NCBI RefSeq assembly: GCF_037042905.1
Contig: NC_087251.1
Location: 48,734,001-48,798,000, forward strand
Direction of reading: 5' to 3'
Length of the DNA: 64,000 nt
Source: Lytechinus pictus
Taxonomy: Eukaryota
The notes beneath the pieces are model-generated. The model searched no databases. It was not told the origin of the DNA and worked only from the letters and a program-made list of their open reading frames with translations. The translations under genes and the position numbers were made by a program. Within the stretch, counting starts at the first letter, position 1; each line of letters begins with the position of its first letter. Positions 50,983 to 63,142 of this stretch are shown here, piece after piece.

Positions 50983-53408
50983 TAATATACTTGTAATCCA
51001 TTGTGTCATTGCGTCGGCCGTCGGGTCGGTAACACAACGTAACCCGATTTTTCGTAAAAAGAGCACCCTAAATTCTGAATAGAAGGGTTTGACATTTGGA
51101 AAATATACCCTCTTGATAATTAAATATAAGAATGGTCGGGTCGGCTTCGGCCAATGTTGCTGGAAAATTCGTCATATTGATTTTTTTTTTCTCACAAAAC
51201 ATAAACACAAAGCATAAAATCGTAAGTCTTAGGACAAGTACCACCGTCTGATTTACCTGATAATTCTGAAACTTGAGCCCGGAGCACACTTAACGATCCG
51301 AATTCGACGCGATTTTCAAACAAATCGCACTTTGTATCAAATTTGAAAGATTCAAGAAGTAAAACCATTTTATTTGAAGTTCGACATAATGCCAGGAATG
51401 CTAAAATCATAAATTTGCTTTGCTGCAATGCTACGGCCATGTGGTCAGAGTTAAGTCCAAGCCTCAGCCAATGATGACGCAATTACGATTTGTAGTTGAA
51501 TTTGCTTAGAACTATTCATACAGGGTTGCTCGAAATAGACTGGAATTTCGATTTTGATATTCATCCCATCGTCCGGAACTTTGTAGTTCAGGTTTTATAG
51601 GATGAAATTTTTATTGCAAAATTAAAATTTCTTTAAAAAGCAGTTAAGTCGGGTGACGCAATTCCCCGATCTGACGCTCTACTCGATGATCCGAAGTAGG
51701 CCAACTCCCTATCTAACTTGAATGCATCACATTATTCAATAGATATCCAATCGTTAATGTCAAAAAATTAAAAAATTAAATAAAATTTTATGTTGCATAA
51801 CAGTTATAATTAAATTATAATACAGTTCTACGTCAAAAATTCTAGTACTATAAAGGCATAAATCATTTATTCAGACCCAAATTCTACTTTACTATCACGG
51901 TTTGCTCAAGTAATTACTGATCATTAGTCAACTTAGGGTATAGATATTAAGATGATAAAAACGAACATACACACCCACAAAAACAAGTAATTACATTCAC
52001 GTGAATTCGAATATTAATATATGCATATTTATTGATAAATTTATTCAAATCATGAACCAACTTTTCAGATTATAAGAAATAGACAATACATATTTGAGTA
52101 AATGAATAAAAATATCGAATATAGAATACATTCATAAGACAGGACAAAACAGGATTTCACAAAATGGTTTATGAAGACGAAGTCGTTATTCACACAATTC
52201 ATCATATTTGGATCGTCTCGAGAGTTTATCATTTGGTCGTGGACAACTCTGATTATTCATGTTATCATAAGGTATTTTAGAGTCAAGGGTCAATAATTAT
52301 AACATTGACTAGCATTGAGGGAGATACCCCATTGCCCCGAGTAGAGACGAGGGCAAGATGAATCAACTTGTGGAAAAATACGGAAACGTCTGCGCTGTTT
52401 ATTATATCATTTATCAGTTGTATGATATTGTGTTATGAATTATTTAATTCTACTTAGCTGTCTGAAATTGTCAACCGTCAAGCAATAATATCGACATTGG
52501 AATGATTAACATACTTCGAATGTATCGTCTTTACTGGAGTAAAATAGCTACAAATATAAACTACTAAGCAGTCTTCACAACGTTTAGAGGAAAATTAGAG
52601 ATATATACACTAAGAATCATGATGCTTATGAATAGTCAAACTATATTTTGTTTATGTATTTACATTGATCTTTTCCACACAAAATAAAAAATCATTAATC
52701 AGCTTTGATTCATACAAATATATATATATATAAAATATTCATGTACATTAATTATTTAATTGTCTACTCTCGATTTTTATCCATTTCAATTTCATTGCCT
52801 CTTCACACAAGCTACCATACTATTCAAGATCAATAATAATTTTGTGGGTATTCTACCACTGCGCGATATCACAATCAAATGGATGCTCCAGGCTGAAACT
52901 ATTTATTTCAGTAGTAAAATTCACAGAGTAAAATGCTTAAAATCAAAATATGATAAAAAATAGCGAAAATTTTTAATTGTGAAAACAGTTATTATGCACG
53001 TCGCATGAATATTCATTACATGGACTGATGATGTCACATCCCCTCTTTCCTTTTTTATTTTTAAAAATTGTTTCATTTTTTCATACATGTGTGAATGATA
53101 TTTATTTATTTATTAAAACATCTTTCAACAGGATAAAACATTAATCAGCTCGCAGGCTGTTTCACATAATGGTCCTGCATAAAGAGAAAAGTACACATAT
53201 TAAAAGGAAAGATTACAAATAATTAGGAATACATGACAACTAAAATGCAAATAATGCTAAAAGTGAAACATCAGAAAGAAAAAGACCAAATAGCCAGATT
53301 TATCTCATAGGAAGATAAAGAAAGGAAGGAAAAAGAAAGATATGTCTCCCTTGTAATGAAATAAGTTGCAGCAATGAATATGTAATGCACTTAACCAGTT
53401 TTTATTCC

Positions 53409-53612
53409 AATATTTTTGGTTCTTGAAGGAAAAAAAATGAATAAACCTAATTTGATATAATATTTTTGGTTCTTGAAGGGAAAAAAAATGAATAAACCTA
53501 ATTTGATATAATATTTTTGGTTCTTGAAGGAAAAAAAATGAATAAACCTAATTTGATATATTATTTTTGGTTATTGAAGGAAAAAAAATGAATAAACCTA
53601 ATTTGATATAAT
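53409..53612. repeat. About 50-bp tandem repeat, 4 copies, inside a decayed Kolobok-like MITE (~52878-53845)
   Basis: Unit AATATTTTTGGTTCTTGAAGGAAAAAAAATGAATAAACCTAATTTGATAT, near-perfect copies. Confidence 0.9.
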
Positions 53613-53690
53613 AAAATACAAAAAAAACAAGTGGGGATATGGCATTAGCAGTTTGCTCATTGAATATTTATTGAAGACATGCCCCCCCCC

Positions 53691-53729
<39 letters not shown>

Positions 53730-55081
53730 ACCGGAATAATGCAAATCTTTAAAATGCCATAACTTTGTTATTCCTCGTCCGATTTTAATCAAATTTTTAG
53801 TGTTGTTTTTTCTGAGTTTTCTTAATCTGTTCATATCATATTATTAGTACCCATTTAACTTCTTAGTCTCCTGTCATTTTGTAGACGGGCTCACCCCCCC
53901 CCCCCCCACAAACAGACCCGTGAACCGTTCTGCTTCCATCGACAAAACGAGTCTGTGAGAGATCGTAGCTCGCAACACGCCTTCCTTTACAACTTTCCGG
54001 CAGACAGAAGCAGCCATCTGTCATGCGTGTTGTTCTTTGGCTATTATGAATCAAACAGCCATGATCTAACTTGCGCATTTTCACGCCGGAAATCTAGAAT
54101 CTTCTACGAAAATTGGCTGAAAATGAAACAAAAACTACTTCATGACTTGTATATAATGCGAATTTCCACAATAATTCAAGATATTTCACGGTGTCTTTCG
54201 AAATGATGCCAAAGTGGCCAAAACTATGTACAGTATAAACAGAATGAGCGCGGTAGCAACTCCATTGATCTGTCAAAGAACTCTAGCGCGAGCTTGCCAA
54301 TTTAACAAACAGTAAAGGTATTCTAGAATGTTTTTGCGAATTCAAAGTTGACCCGTCCAAAATAATCAGATAGACAATTAAGTGGAGGCCGTTGAGTAAT
54401 TTCTGTCGTCTATAAGGTTAGCCACTATGAACTAAAATTGCACAAAAATGTCTCCTTGGTTATCGGTTATACCATCTTCGCGTTATGTGACAGAAGGCTG
54501 CGGTGCAACGAAGACAGAAGTGACATTATTTTTACCAGGGTCTTGCTCGGATAGCTTTGTTCGAATAGCAAATCAACGGATCTAACCGTGATATGAACCG
54601 ACTGTGGAATTGTGGACAGGTGAGCCTTCTCATCATATCTTAAGAGATAAATGGATTTAGAATCATATTTGAAGTAACTAGGATTAAGAGTCCGCCCCAA
54701 AAAAATCACATTCTACACAGATTCCCGAATCAGTTTTCATTTTGGTAAAGAAATGAATGAATTTAACATTATTTATGAACTAACTAGGATTGAGAGCCAT
54801 CCGCTCTCATTTTGGTTCTATAAGAACAGCAAAGAATATGCACAATCATAAAGAAAACTACGAAAAATTAACAAAATGTACATTATGACCTCCTAAATTG
54901 CTGTCTAGAATAGCCTTGAGTACTTAAGAAGTATTATTATTATTATTTCGGTCATACTATAACGTTGTGTACCAAGAATGAAGGGGGTGACTGAATTATT
55001 TTAATATTGTTTGAGTCATTCATCCATTAAAAGTCAAAGGAACGGCATTGAATTTTGCCTAACTCGTAGGTTTCAAAACCA

Positions 55082-55084
55082 TAT

Positions 55085-55116
<32 letters not shown>

Positions 55117-55412
55117 ATAATAATAATAATACAACGGCATATTTACCCAGGGTAGCCACTTCAGTTCCGAAAACTGTTCTCCCAGCGGGCCCGGCTCTTA
55201 TTATTACCCCGGCTTTATCACGGCTACCTAGATCGGGCGCTCGAGCATTCGAGGAATTTCTTCCTAACGGGTACCCATTCACCTCACCTGGGTCGAGTGC
55301 GGCACAATGTGGATAAATTTCTTGCCGAAGGAAATTACGCCATGGCTGGGATTCGAACCCACGACCCTCTGTTTCAAAGTCCGAAGACTAATCCACTGGG
55401 CCACAACGCTCC
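55082..55412 (-). mobile_element. Full-length tRNA-derived SINE
   Basis: Head GGAGCGTTGTGGCCCAGTGGATTAG...GGTTCGAATCCC (A and B boxes); body CCTTCGGCAAGAAATTTATCCACATTG...GAATGGGTACC (CORE-like, by inference); (ATT)n(AGT)n tail; partial second copy at 4281-4419. Confidence 0.88.
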
Positions 55413-55428
55413 ATTACTTTCGCCTCCG

Positions 55429-55704
55429 TTACTTTCGCCTCAACAAGAACATCTTCATTATGGTCGATTTGAACAGCGGCTGCGACACGGCATACGATAT
55501 AGGGTTGAGAAGGCTGTTGAGATACGTCATCCATCCGAAGAACAGCCGGACTGATCTTGGTAGGCCGTGAATCACAAGCACGGGTTCGACAGAGTAAATG
55601 AGGATCATGATACTCTGTGGCAGCCATGACACCACAAATGCGATCACAATCAATAGAAGTGTTTTGGTTGCCTTGCTCGTCTCGGTGGCCGCCTCACGCT
55701 GATT
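55429..55704 (-). CDS. Class A GPCR B (paralogue of GPCR A), exon 2: TM6-TM7
   Basis: Acceptor tttcag|AAT, phase 0; NQREAATETSKATKTLLLIVIAFVVSWLP...FGWMTYLNSLLNPISY; 276 nt including stop. Confidence 0.9.
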   Translation of the reverse strand, partial: NQREAATETSKATKTLLLIVIAFVVSWLPQSIMILIYSVEPVLVIHGLPRSVRLFFGWMTYLNSLLNPISYAVSQPLFKSTIMKMFLLRRK

Positions 55705-55849
55705 CTGAAATCGGGTTTAAAAAGGGAAATGCAAAGATCAGTACCAAATATGACTCTATATGTATATATATATATATATCTCCGAAGAGTGCTTTAGAGA
55801 AGTAATTGGTTGCTGGCAGGCCAAGTACAGAAACCTAGTGTTGTGCTAC

Positions 55850-56470
55850 TGTAGATAGAGGTTAGAAAGGAGATCGAAATTTGTGCCCTCGGCATCGTCC
55901 TTGGGTTTGGTTCTAGACAAGGCCAGGAAATACTTCAGAAAATTGAAAGTAAGGCCTATTGGCTTTGGCCTCGTCGTAGTACCCGGCCTTGAGCATAACA
56001 ATGGAGTGACATACACATGGAACTGACAGTAAAGAGTGAGGGGGCTCAATAAGGTTGAAGGCACGTTCCTCCAAACTCTCTTCTGCCTTCTAATATTTCA
56101 CTACGGTGAAGGTCCTTGCGCTTCTGGTATGAAGTGGAATGGCCAATCGATGGAATATTTCTTTACACTACCGTCAAGCAAATGACAAGAAGATTCACCA
56201 GACCAGAGAGGTTGGTGAAGGAAAAGATTGAGAAAACCATATATACTGGTGAAGTTGAAGATATTAAGAGATAAGAGTTCAATAAGCTGCTGGATAGACC
56301 AGTCTCACAGGATTTACCTGATATTTGATCACTTGAAAACGACCTGTCGATCTGGGCCAACCAATTATCTACAAACGAAGAGGATCGTAATACCATCATT
56401 CAAAAAAGGAATAGACATGTCAGCAGATGCCGACGACAACCCAGCATATATACAATACGTCTACTGACAT
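55850..56470 (+). pseudogene. Decayed coding-like segment of unknown origin in the GPCR B intron
   Basis: More balanced base composition than the flanks and protein-like stretches interrupted by stops (ARKYFRKLKVRPIGFGLVVVPG; SLRFWYEVEWPIDGIFLYTTVKQMTRRF; EFNKLLDRPVSQDLPD). No family recognised. Confidence 0.3.
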
Positions 56471-57170
56471 CGATCGCGACTCTAGAGATACAGACGGATG
56501 ACACTGTTGTCCATTAGAGGGAAAAGGTTTCTAACACAACAACAGACGGATGACACTGTTGTCCACAAGAGGGAAAATGTTTCTGCGAGTTCTGCTCAAC
56601 AAAGGGACAACGAGAAACTGCTAACATCGTTGACTTACAACCCCGAGGCCAGCAGGCTGACTTTAAAAAAAACAAGTCCTCCACTTACCAGACCGAAACT
56701 ATATACAATCTTACTTGATGCTTGAACAATGAAATAATCTCGCAAATATGTTCAATTTTGTCAACTATGAAAACAGGAAATTCAACAACAGATTCTGTTG
56801 CGATTGATGAGAAACTATTTCAGAATTCAATCAAGGACGTGTTACAATATTGGTGTGAACAAAGGACTTCCATTATGACCACGCGTCAATTTTAAGAACC
56901 AATTTTTTTACATGTCATAGTCTCAAACGGACAATCTTGTCGAGGTTGGATGGTTATATCAGAGTAATTAAAAAATATTTATATAATGCTTTATTTCACG
57001 AATTCAATAGACACGACATAGAATGTTAGATTATAAAATTATGGTGCTATACGGAAGGATAAGAACTGTTTTCTGTAAGTTATAGTTTTAAAGATTTAGA
57101 CTTTAGAAGGTTGAACCGTTATCATTTTACTACAAACAAGTGTGGATTCATTAAAAGAAGAGATTCTCAC

Positions 57171-58073
57171 ATTTTTTGAATTCACTGGGATGTCATTGAT
57201 ATCCTTCCTCTTCAACTCATTACCAGGGCTCTCCGATGATGACGAGTTTGTGTTGGTGGTGAATGTGCTGCATGATGATGATGCCATCTCATTTCGAGGT
57301 GATGGGGTGCTTCCTTCCTTCCGTCTTGTCATCGCAAACTGTTTCGAAATCTCCTTGCCCGCGAACGAAGACCGGATCTTCAAGACGATTCTGATGTAGA
57401 GCACGACGATCAAACAGAATGGTAGATAGAAGTAAACGATGAACGTCACTGTGGTGGCGAACGGCCTGGCACGAAACCAGTGGGTGCAATGGCGGTCATT
57501 GTCAAAGTTGATGATGAATTCAGGTGTGGTGATGTAGAGGAGCCAGAACCCTAGGGACACCACCCACGGGATAAGATTCTTCATGACAGCCATTCGCTTG
57601 CTTCGTGATATGAAATGGTTGATGGGATCGTAGGTAGCACGATGTCGGTCGGCGCAGATCACGACCACGGCGAGGTTCGAAGCGGTCAGAAACCCAGCCT
57701 GCACTGCTGACATCACCCTGCACACCTTATGTGAGAAAGGGTAGTATCCGACGTGGGTATGAACTACCTGTGGAATCAGAAACAACCCGTCGAAGAAGTC
57801 CAGAATGGCCAGGTTTATGATAAAGTAGTTGTTGTAGGTGCGAAGTCTTTTCTCAATGCTGAATGCTATAAGACTAAGAGAGTTCGCCACAATGATCATA
57901 GCGGTGAACAGGATTGGCCACAGTATTCCGTTGATATTCTTCACCGTCGAAGAACTATCTACAACATCAGTAGGATTAATAGAAATGTTTGTGAAGGAGG
58001 CTGGATAATCTGTGAAGAAAACGGTTGAAAAGAGTGGTGATTCGGAAACATTCTGCACATCGAAATTTGCCAT
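57171..58073 (-). CDS. Class A GPCR B, exon 1
   Basis: MANFDVQNVS...; LRTYNNYFIINLAILD; DRH; FYLP; donor AAT|GTGAGA, phase 0; 903 nt; full protein 392 aa. Confidence 0.9.
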
Positions 58074-58199
58074 TCTCAGTATGACACGACTGAATAATTA
58101 CCGAATAACTATTTTCTTTATTCAGACTTATGGTTTGGAAGCATTTGTTACGTTTTGTGGCTGTCTTGGTCGACTCGACAGCACAACAAAAATCGGGTA

Positions 58200-58237
58200 G
58201 ACTAATTTCCGCGAGGTTTATGCGAAGGATTTTTATA
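58200..58237 (-). promoter_or_regulatory. Candidate TATA box plus initiator for GPCR B
   Basis: Minus-strand TATAAAAA at 58237-58230 and TTAGTC at 58205-58200, about 130 nt upstream of the ATG. Confidence 0.3.
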
Positions 58238-58727
58238 CATTATCCCCCAATCATATTGTGCTTCTGTAAACATTGATTGTATTATGCGGCGTAATCAAAT
58301 CCATCGCAAAGAAGACATTATTTGAATAATGCGTAAGGATTTGCTTGGGCCGTTGGGTCTTTTGAATATTTAATACAATAGTAAAAAGGAAATGAAAATT
58401 GATGTTGAACGTACATGTATTCTATATGACGATAATCTGAAGTAGTGTAATACAGACAAGATTTTTCCACTTCCTAATTATGCATGCGGGGATGCATGTT
58501 TTCTTTATTCTTAAACAAACATCCCCTAATTCTGAAGATGGTTTCAAATATCTTGGGAAGTTGTATTTCTGCAAAAGAAGAAAAGGGGAGTTGAACTTTT
58601 GAAAGTGAAAAATAATAATTTTTTCTAACATGGGCGTCACTTAGGGCCTGGGGGCACGATAAATAGTCGCCTATCCAGCTACTTTATACCACACTCTTTT
58701 GCTATACCCCTCCCGTGTCCCTCTTTA

Positions 58728-58889
58728 TACCTCGGTCACATTTGCTCTACGGAGCCGTACGGCGAGTCGAAAACAGCCGTTTTGTTCATTTTTATTCAAA
58801 CCACCTAAATGTAGCTGGTACAGAAAAATGTTAAAACGGCTGTTTTCGACTCGCCGTACGGCCGCCGTCGAGTAAATGTGACCAAGGTA
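58728..58889. mobile_element. PIF/Harbinger-type MITE (162 bp)
   Basis: TTA|TACCTCGGTCACATTT...AAATGTGACCAAGGTA|TTA; inverted arms of about 55 bp. Confidence 0.85.
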
Positions 58890-58924
58890 TTAGTTATGCT
58901 CTTTTTGCATTGTTTAGTGGCATT

Positions 58925-59025
58925 CACTGGCGTAAATCCTTGCGTCACACCTGTTGTTCAGGGGGGATGGAACAATAGGTCATCCCCCCTGAACAACAGG
59001 TGTGACGCAAGGATTTACGCCAGTG
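58925..59025. mobile_element. 101-bp hairpin hAT-type MITE
   Basis: Perfect 45-bp arms CACTGGCGTAAATCC...GGGGGGATG with an 11-nt loop; 8-bp TSD GTGGCATT / GTGTCATT (one mismatch). Confidence 0.85.
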
Positions 59026-59574
59026 GTGTCATTGGTGGCATGGCAGTTTCATAGGTAAATTGCCAATTCGTCCACTGCCAACTCGTCCACTCACCACATG
59101 GTCTACCTTCATTTAGTCTAATGCCCTTCCATCCATCAACATTTCGTCTAACAACCATCTGGTCCAATCATCAATTCGTCTAATCCCCATTTCGTCTATT
59201 ACTATTTCGCCTAATAACCAGTTGGTATAATACCCATTTTCTTTTCATTCATTATGTGGTGAGTGGACGAACTGATGGTAGACCAAATGATAGCAGATGA
59301 CAGTGGCGAATCCAGGGGGTGGCGCAGGGGGCGCGCCCCCCCCCCCCTAATATTTGAGCGGCGCCGAAGGCGCCGCTCAATAAAAAATAAAAGAAAAGTA
59401 AAAGAAAGAAAAGGCGCTGCTTTAAAAAATTAAAATAAAGGAAAGAAAAGAAAGGCGCCGCTTAAAAAAATTATACACTGATATAATATTAGCAACAGTA
59501 AAGGAAAGACTATCCCCCAGCAAAGCACACTCATATCATCTTCCTTATCTTTTCTTTTAACTACCCTTTTCCCA

Positions 59575-61500
59575 ACAACTTCGCCTGTTAAAAATAATCA
59601 GCAGTGCGCTGCCTGCATATAACTGGCGCCAATCAAGAATATCTTTGGTTATAAATCGGCGCCAGTCAAGAAAAATCGACGCTGCCTGAGTTCTTAAAGG
59701 ACAAGTCCACCCCAACAAAAACTCGATTTGAATAAAAAGATAAAAATCAACAAGCATAACACTGAAAATTTAATCAAAATCGGATGTAAAATAAGAAAGT
59801 TATGACATCTTAAAGTTTCGCTTAATTTCACAAAACAGCTTTATATGCACATCCTGGTTGGTATGCAAAGGAGGAGACTGATGACGTCATCCACTCACTA
59901 TTTCTTTTATATTTTATTATATGAAATATTAAATATTCTAATTTTCTCCTCATTGTCAAGTGAAACAGTGATTAATTCCTCCCTGAACATGTGGAATTAG
60001 CATTTTTTAATACTATATGATTCAGTCAAGTCGGTCCCTATTGTCAAATCTGTAAAAAATGAAATATCGTATAATTCAAACAATAAAAAACAAAAGAAAT
60101 AGTGAGTGATGGACATCATCGACTGACTCATTTGCATGTCACTGAGTTGTGCATATCACTGTTTTGTGAAAAATAAGTGAAACTTTAAAATGCCATAACT
60201 TTCTTATTTTACATCCGATTTTGATGAAATTTTCAGTGTTATGCTAGTTTGATTTTTCTCTATTTATTCAAATCAACATTTTGCTGGGGTGGACTTGACC
60301 TTTAACCTAAATCTAAATCGGGGCCGGACAAGAATAATCAGCTCCACCTAAATCTAAATAGGCGCCGGGCAACAATAATCGGCGCCATTTGGTCAAATCG
60401 GCGCCGGTAAAGAAAAATCGGCGCTGCCTGAGTTCGTAACCGGCGCCGATCAAGGATAATCAGCGCCACCTATATCTAAATCGGGGCTGGTCAAGAATAA
60501 TCAGCGCCATGTGGTTATAAATTGGCGCTGCCTGAGTCTAAACCGGCGCCGATCAAGAATAATCAGCTCCACCTAAATCTAAATCGGCGCCGGACAAGAA
60601 TAATCCAGCGCCATTTGGTTATAAATCGGCGCCAGTCAAGAAAAATCGACGCTGCCTGAGTTCTTAACCTAAATCTAAATCGGGGCCGGACAAGAATAAT
60701 CAGCGCCATCTGGTTATAAATCGGCGCTGTCAGAGTCTTAACCGGCGCCGATCAAGAATAATCAGCTCCACCTAAATCTAAATCGGCGCCGGACAAGAAT
60801 AATCCAGCGCCATTTGGTTATAAATCGGCGCCAGCCAAGAAAAATCGACGCTGCCTGAGATCTTAACCTAAATCTAAATCGGGGCCGGACAAGAATAATC
60901 AGCGCCATCTGGTTATAAATCGGCGTTGCCAGAGTCTTAACCGGCGCCGATCAAGAATAATCAGCTCCACCTTAATCTAAATAGGCGCCGGGCAAGAATA
61001 ATCGGCGCCATCTGGTCAAATCGGCGCCGGTAAAGAAAAATCGGCGCTGCCTGAGTTCGTAACCGGCGCCGATCAAGGATAATCAGCGCCACCTATATCT
61101 AAATCGGGGCTGGTCAAGAATAATCAGCGCCATGTGGTTATAAATCGGTGCTGCCTTAGTCTAAACCGGCGCCGATCAAGAATAATCAGCTCCACCTAAA
61201 TCTAAATCGGCGTCGGACAAGAATAATCAGCACCACCTGGTTAAAAATCGGCGCCAGTCAAGAATAATCGGCGCCTCCTGGTTCTAAATCGGCGCCAGTC
61301 GATTGTGAATTGCCGCTGCCGGAATCTTACGTGACGTCGGTAAAAATAATCAGCACTACTTATTCTAAATCGGCGCCGGTCAAGAATAATCAGCGTCCCC
61401 TGGTTCCAATAAATAGGCGCCGGTAGAATAATGAAGAAGGGCCTATTGCCAACCAAATCTAGATCGGCGCCGGTCAAGAATGATCAGCGGCACCTGGTTA
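59575..61500. repeat. GC-core satellite array with higher-order structure
   Basis: Monomers of about 35-40 bp such as AAATCGGCGCCGGTCAAGAATAATCAGCGCCACCTGGTT. Larger blocks recur at about 200 bp (60540 vs 60740) and about 620 bp (60347 vs 60970). Confidence 0.9.
59698..60301. mobile_element. Kolobok-type MITE inserted in the satellite
   Basis: TTAA|AGGACAAGTCCACCCCA ... TGGGGTGGACTTGACCT|TTAA. The empty site GCCTGAGTTCTTAACCTAAATC is preserved in another satellite unit at ~60654. Confidence 0.92.
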
Positions 61501-62268
61501 TACATGTTATTGTTGAATGGTCATAACAAAGCTCATCGCATGCCCTTACAGAGTGGACTGGGGCGGGGCAGTTGCCCACAGATGTCATGCAATCTTTAAC
61601 GTATTAAAAAAATCCCAGAATCATACAAAAGCGTAGAGCAAATCCTTTAATTTTGATCTTATTTTCCAATGCTTTAATAAAAAAAAGATCAGTCACTTTT
61701 CTTCTTTACACATTCCACATTGTGCCACCTCTATGGCCTTTAGTGTAAGACAGCTACTATATTGTTTTATGAAGATGATTCGATATTTTAGTCAAAAACT
61801 TTGCTAAAACCCGTTGCTAGTACCGGGAGTGTATAATTACGCAACCAGACGTATATTCGTTAGACCTTAAACCACTAAATATCATTTTCAATGTATAAAT
61901 ACAGTTTGTCAGTAACTTTGTTTTAACGTTTAAATGTTTACGCCACAAAATTTGATTTATTTTCATCTTCCATTAAGTTAAATATTATTCATCTGATCAC
62001 TCAGGAAGAAGTTAAAAACAAAGCTAACGATACCTGTAAAACTGGAGAACTATTTCCAAAGCTCTTTCTGAATTCAGGTCATAAGCATCATATTCAGTTT
62101 CATCAAAGTAGTTAGATAAAAATTACTCATCATTACAAATTGCATCACAATATATACCAAATTCTGTATAGGCCTATACATCATGTACATGAAAATTGAA
62201 TGATAATTATATAAACCTGGATTGGTGATGTATTCCGAATGATTCATGATGGAGTATCATTGTATATA

Positions 62269-63142
62269 CAGAGGCGTCGATCCTGGGGGGGGGGGCGATC
62301 GCCCCACCAATGAAAATATTTTGGGGGCAAACATATCGTTTTGCCCCCCCCCCCAATAATTCCGCATGTGCAAAAATAAAATAAGATGGTAATTATACAC
62401 ATAAATCAGCAAGCGAGATTGAGCTACACCACTCGTTCTTCATTTAAAATCGTGCTCAAATTGTCCGCTTCTCAGATTGGAATATAAAGATTTTCAGCTA
62501 GCGCTTCGCGCTCGCATCATTTCTGTAGCAAAACCCCATACTTTTCATGATTAAATAGGTGAATAGAATGTCCCGTTTTCAGTTCTAAACGTCAAAAGAA
62601 CTCCCGCTTCGATTTGCAATAATCTTTTGTTGGATATAATCTTGTTCTTTATTACAAACGTCCATTAAACTGTCATTTTATTTCAGATCGAAATATCAAA
62701 ATTTTAAGCTCGCGCTTCGCGCTCGCATCTATTGGTTTTTTTAGATACCCATCTTAATCATTGGTACCAAAAATGCATAGAATATCAAGCTTTCTGGTCA
62801 AAATATAAAGAAATTTCAGCTCGCCCTCGGCACTCGCATTATCTGTGTAGTGAGATATGTATCCTCTTAATGAGTTACTACAAATAGTCCTAAACAGGCA
62901 CCTTTTTCCTGTTTTCAGGTCAGTATACTTAAAAATTTCAGCTCGCGCTTCGCGCTCGCATTAATTTGTTGGTGAGATATGTGTCTCTATCTCATGAGTC
63001 ATATGAATATATATATATATATATATATGCATATGTGTGTTTGTGTGTGTGAGTTTGTTTGTTTTGTGTGATATCGAGCGCCTTTGGAAAGTTGATTCAT
63101 GATTTTGCCCCCCAAATCTGAAAAAAAGGATCGACGCCCCTG
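62269..63142. mobile_element. hAT-type MITE, copy 2
   Basis: CAGAGGCGTCGATCC / GGATCGACGCCCCTG; TSD TGTATATA at 62261-62268 and 63143-63150; colinear with 38160-39035. Confidence 0.9.

Noticed and set aside
55340..55412. tRNA-Gln(TTG)-like gene
   Set aside because: The anticodon and acceptor stems pair poorly, there is no poly-T terminator, and the sequence continues into a SINE body and tail that has a second copy in the window.
59575..61500. CRISPR-like array
   Set aside because: There are no unique spacers: the variable parts are themselves repeated in higher-order blocks. No cas genes are present and the context is eukaryotic.
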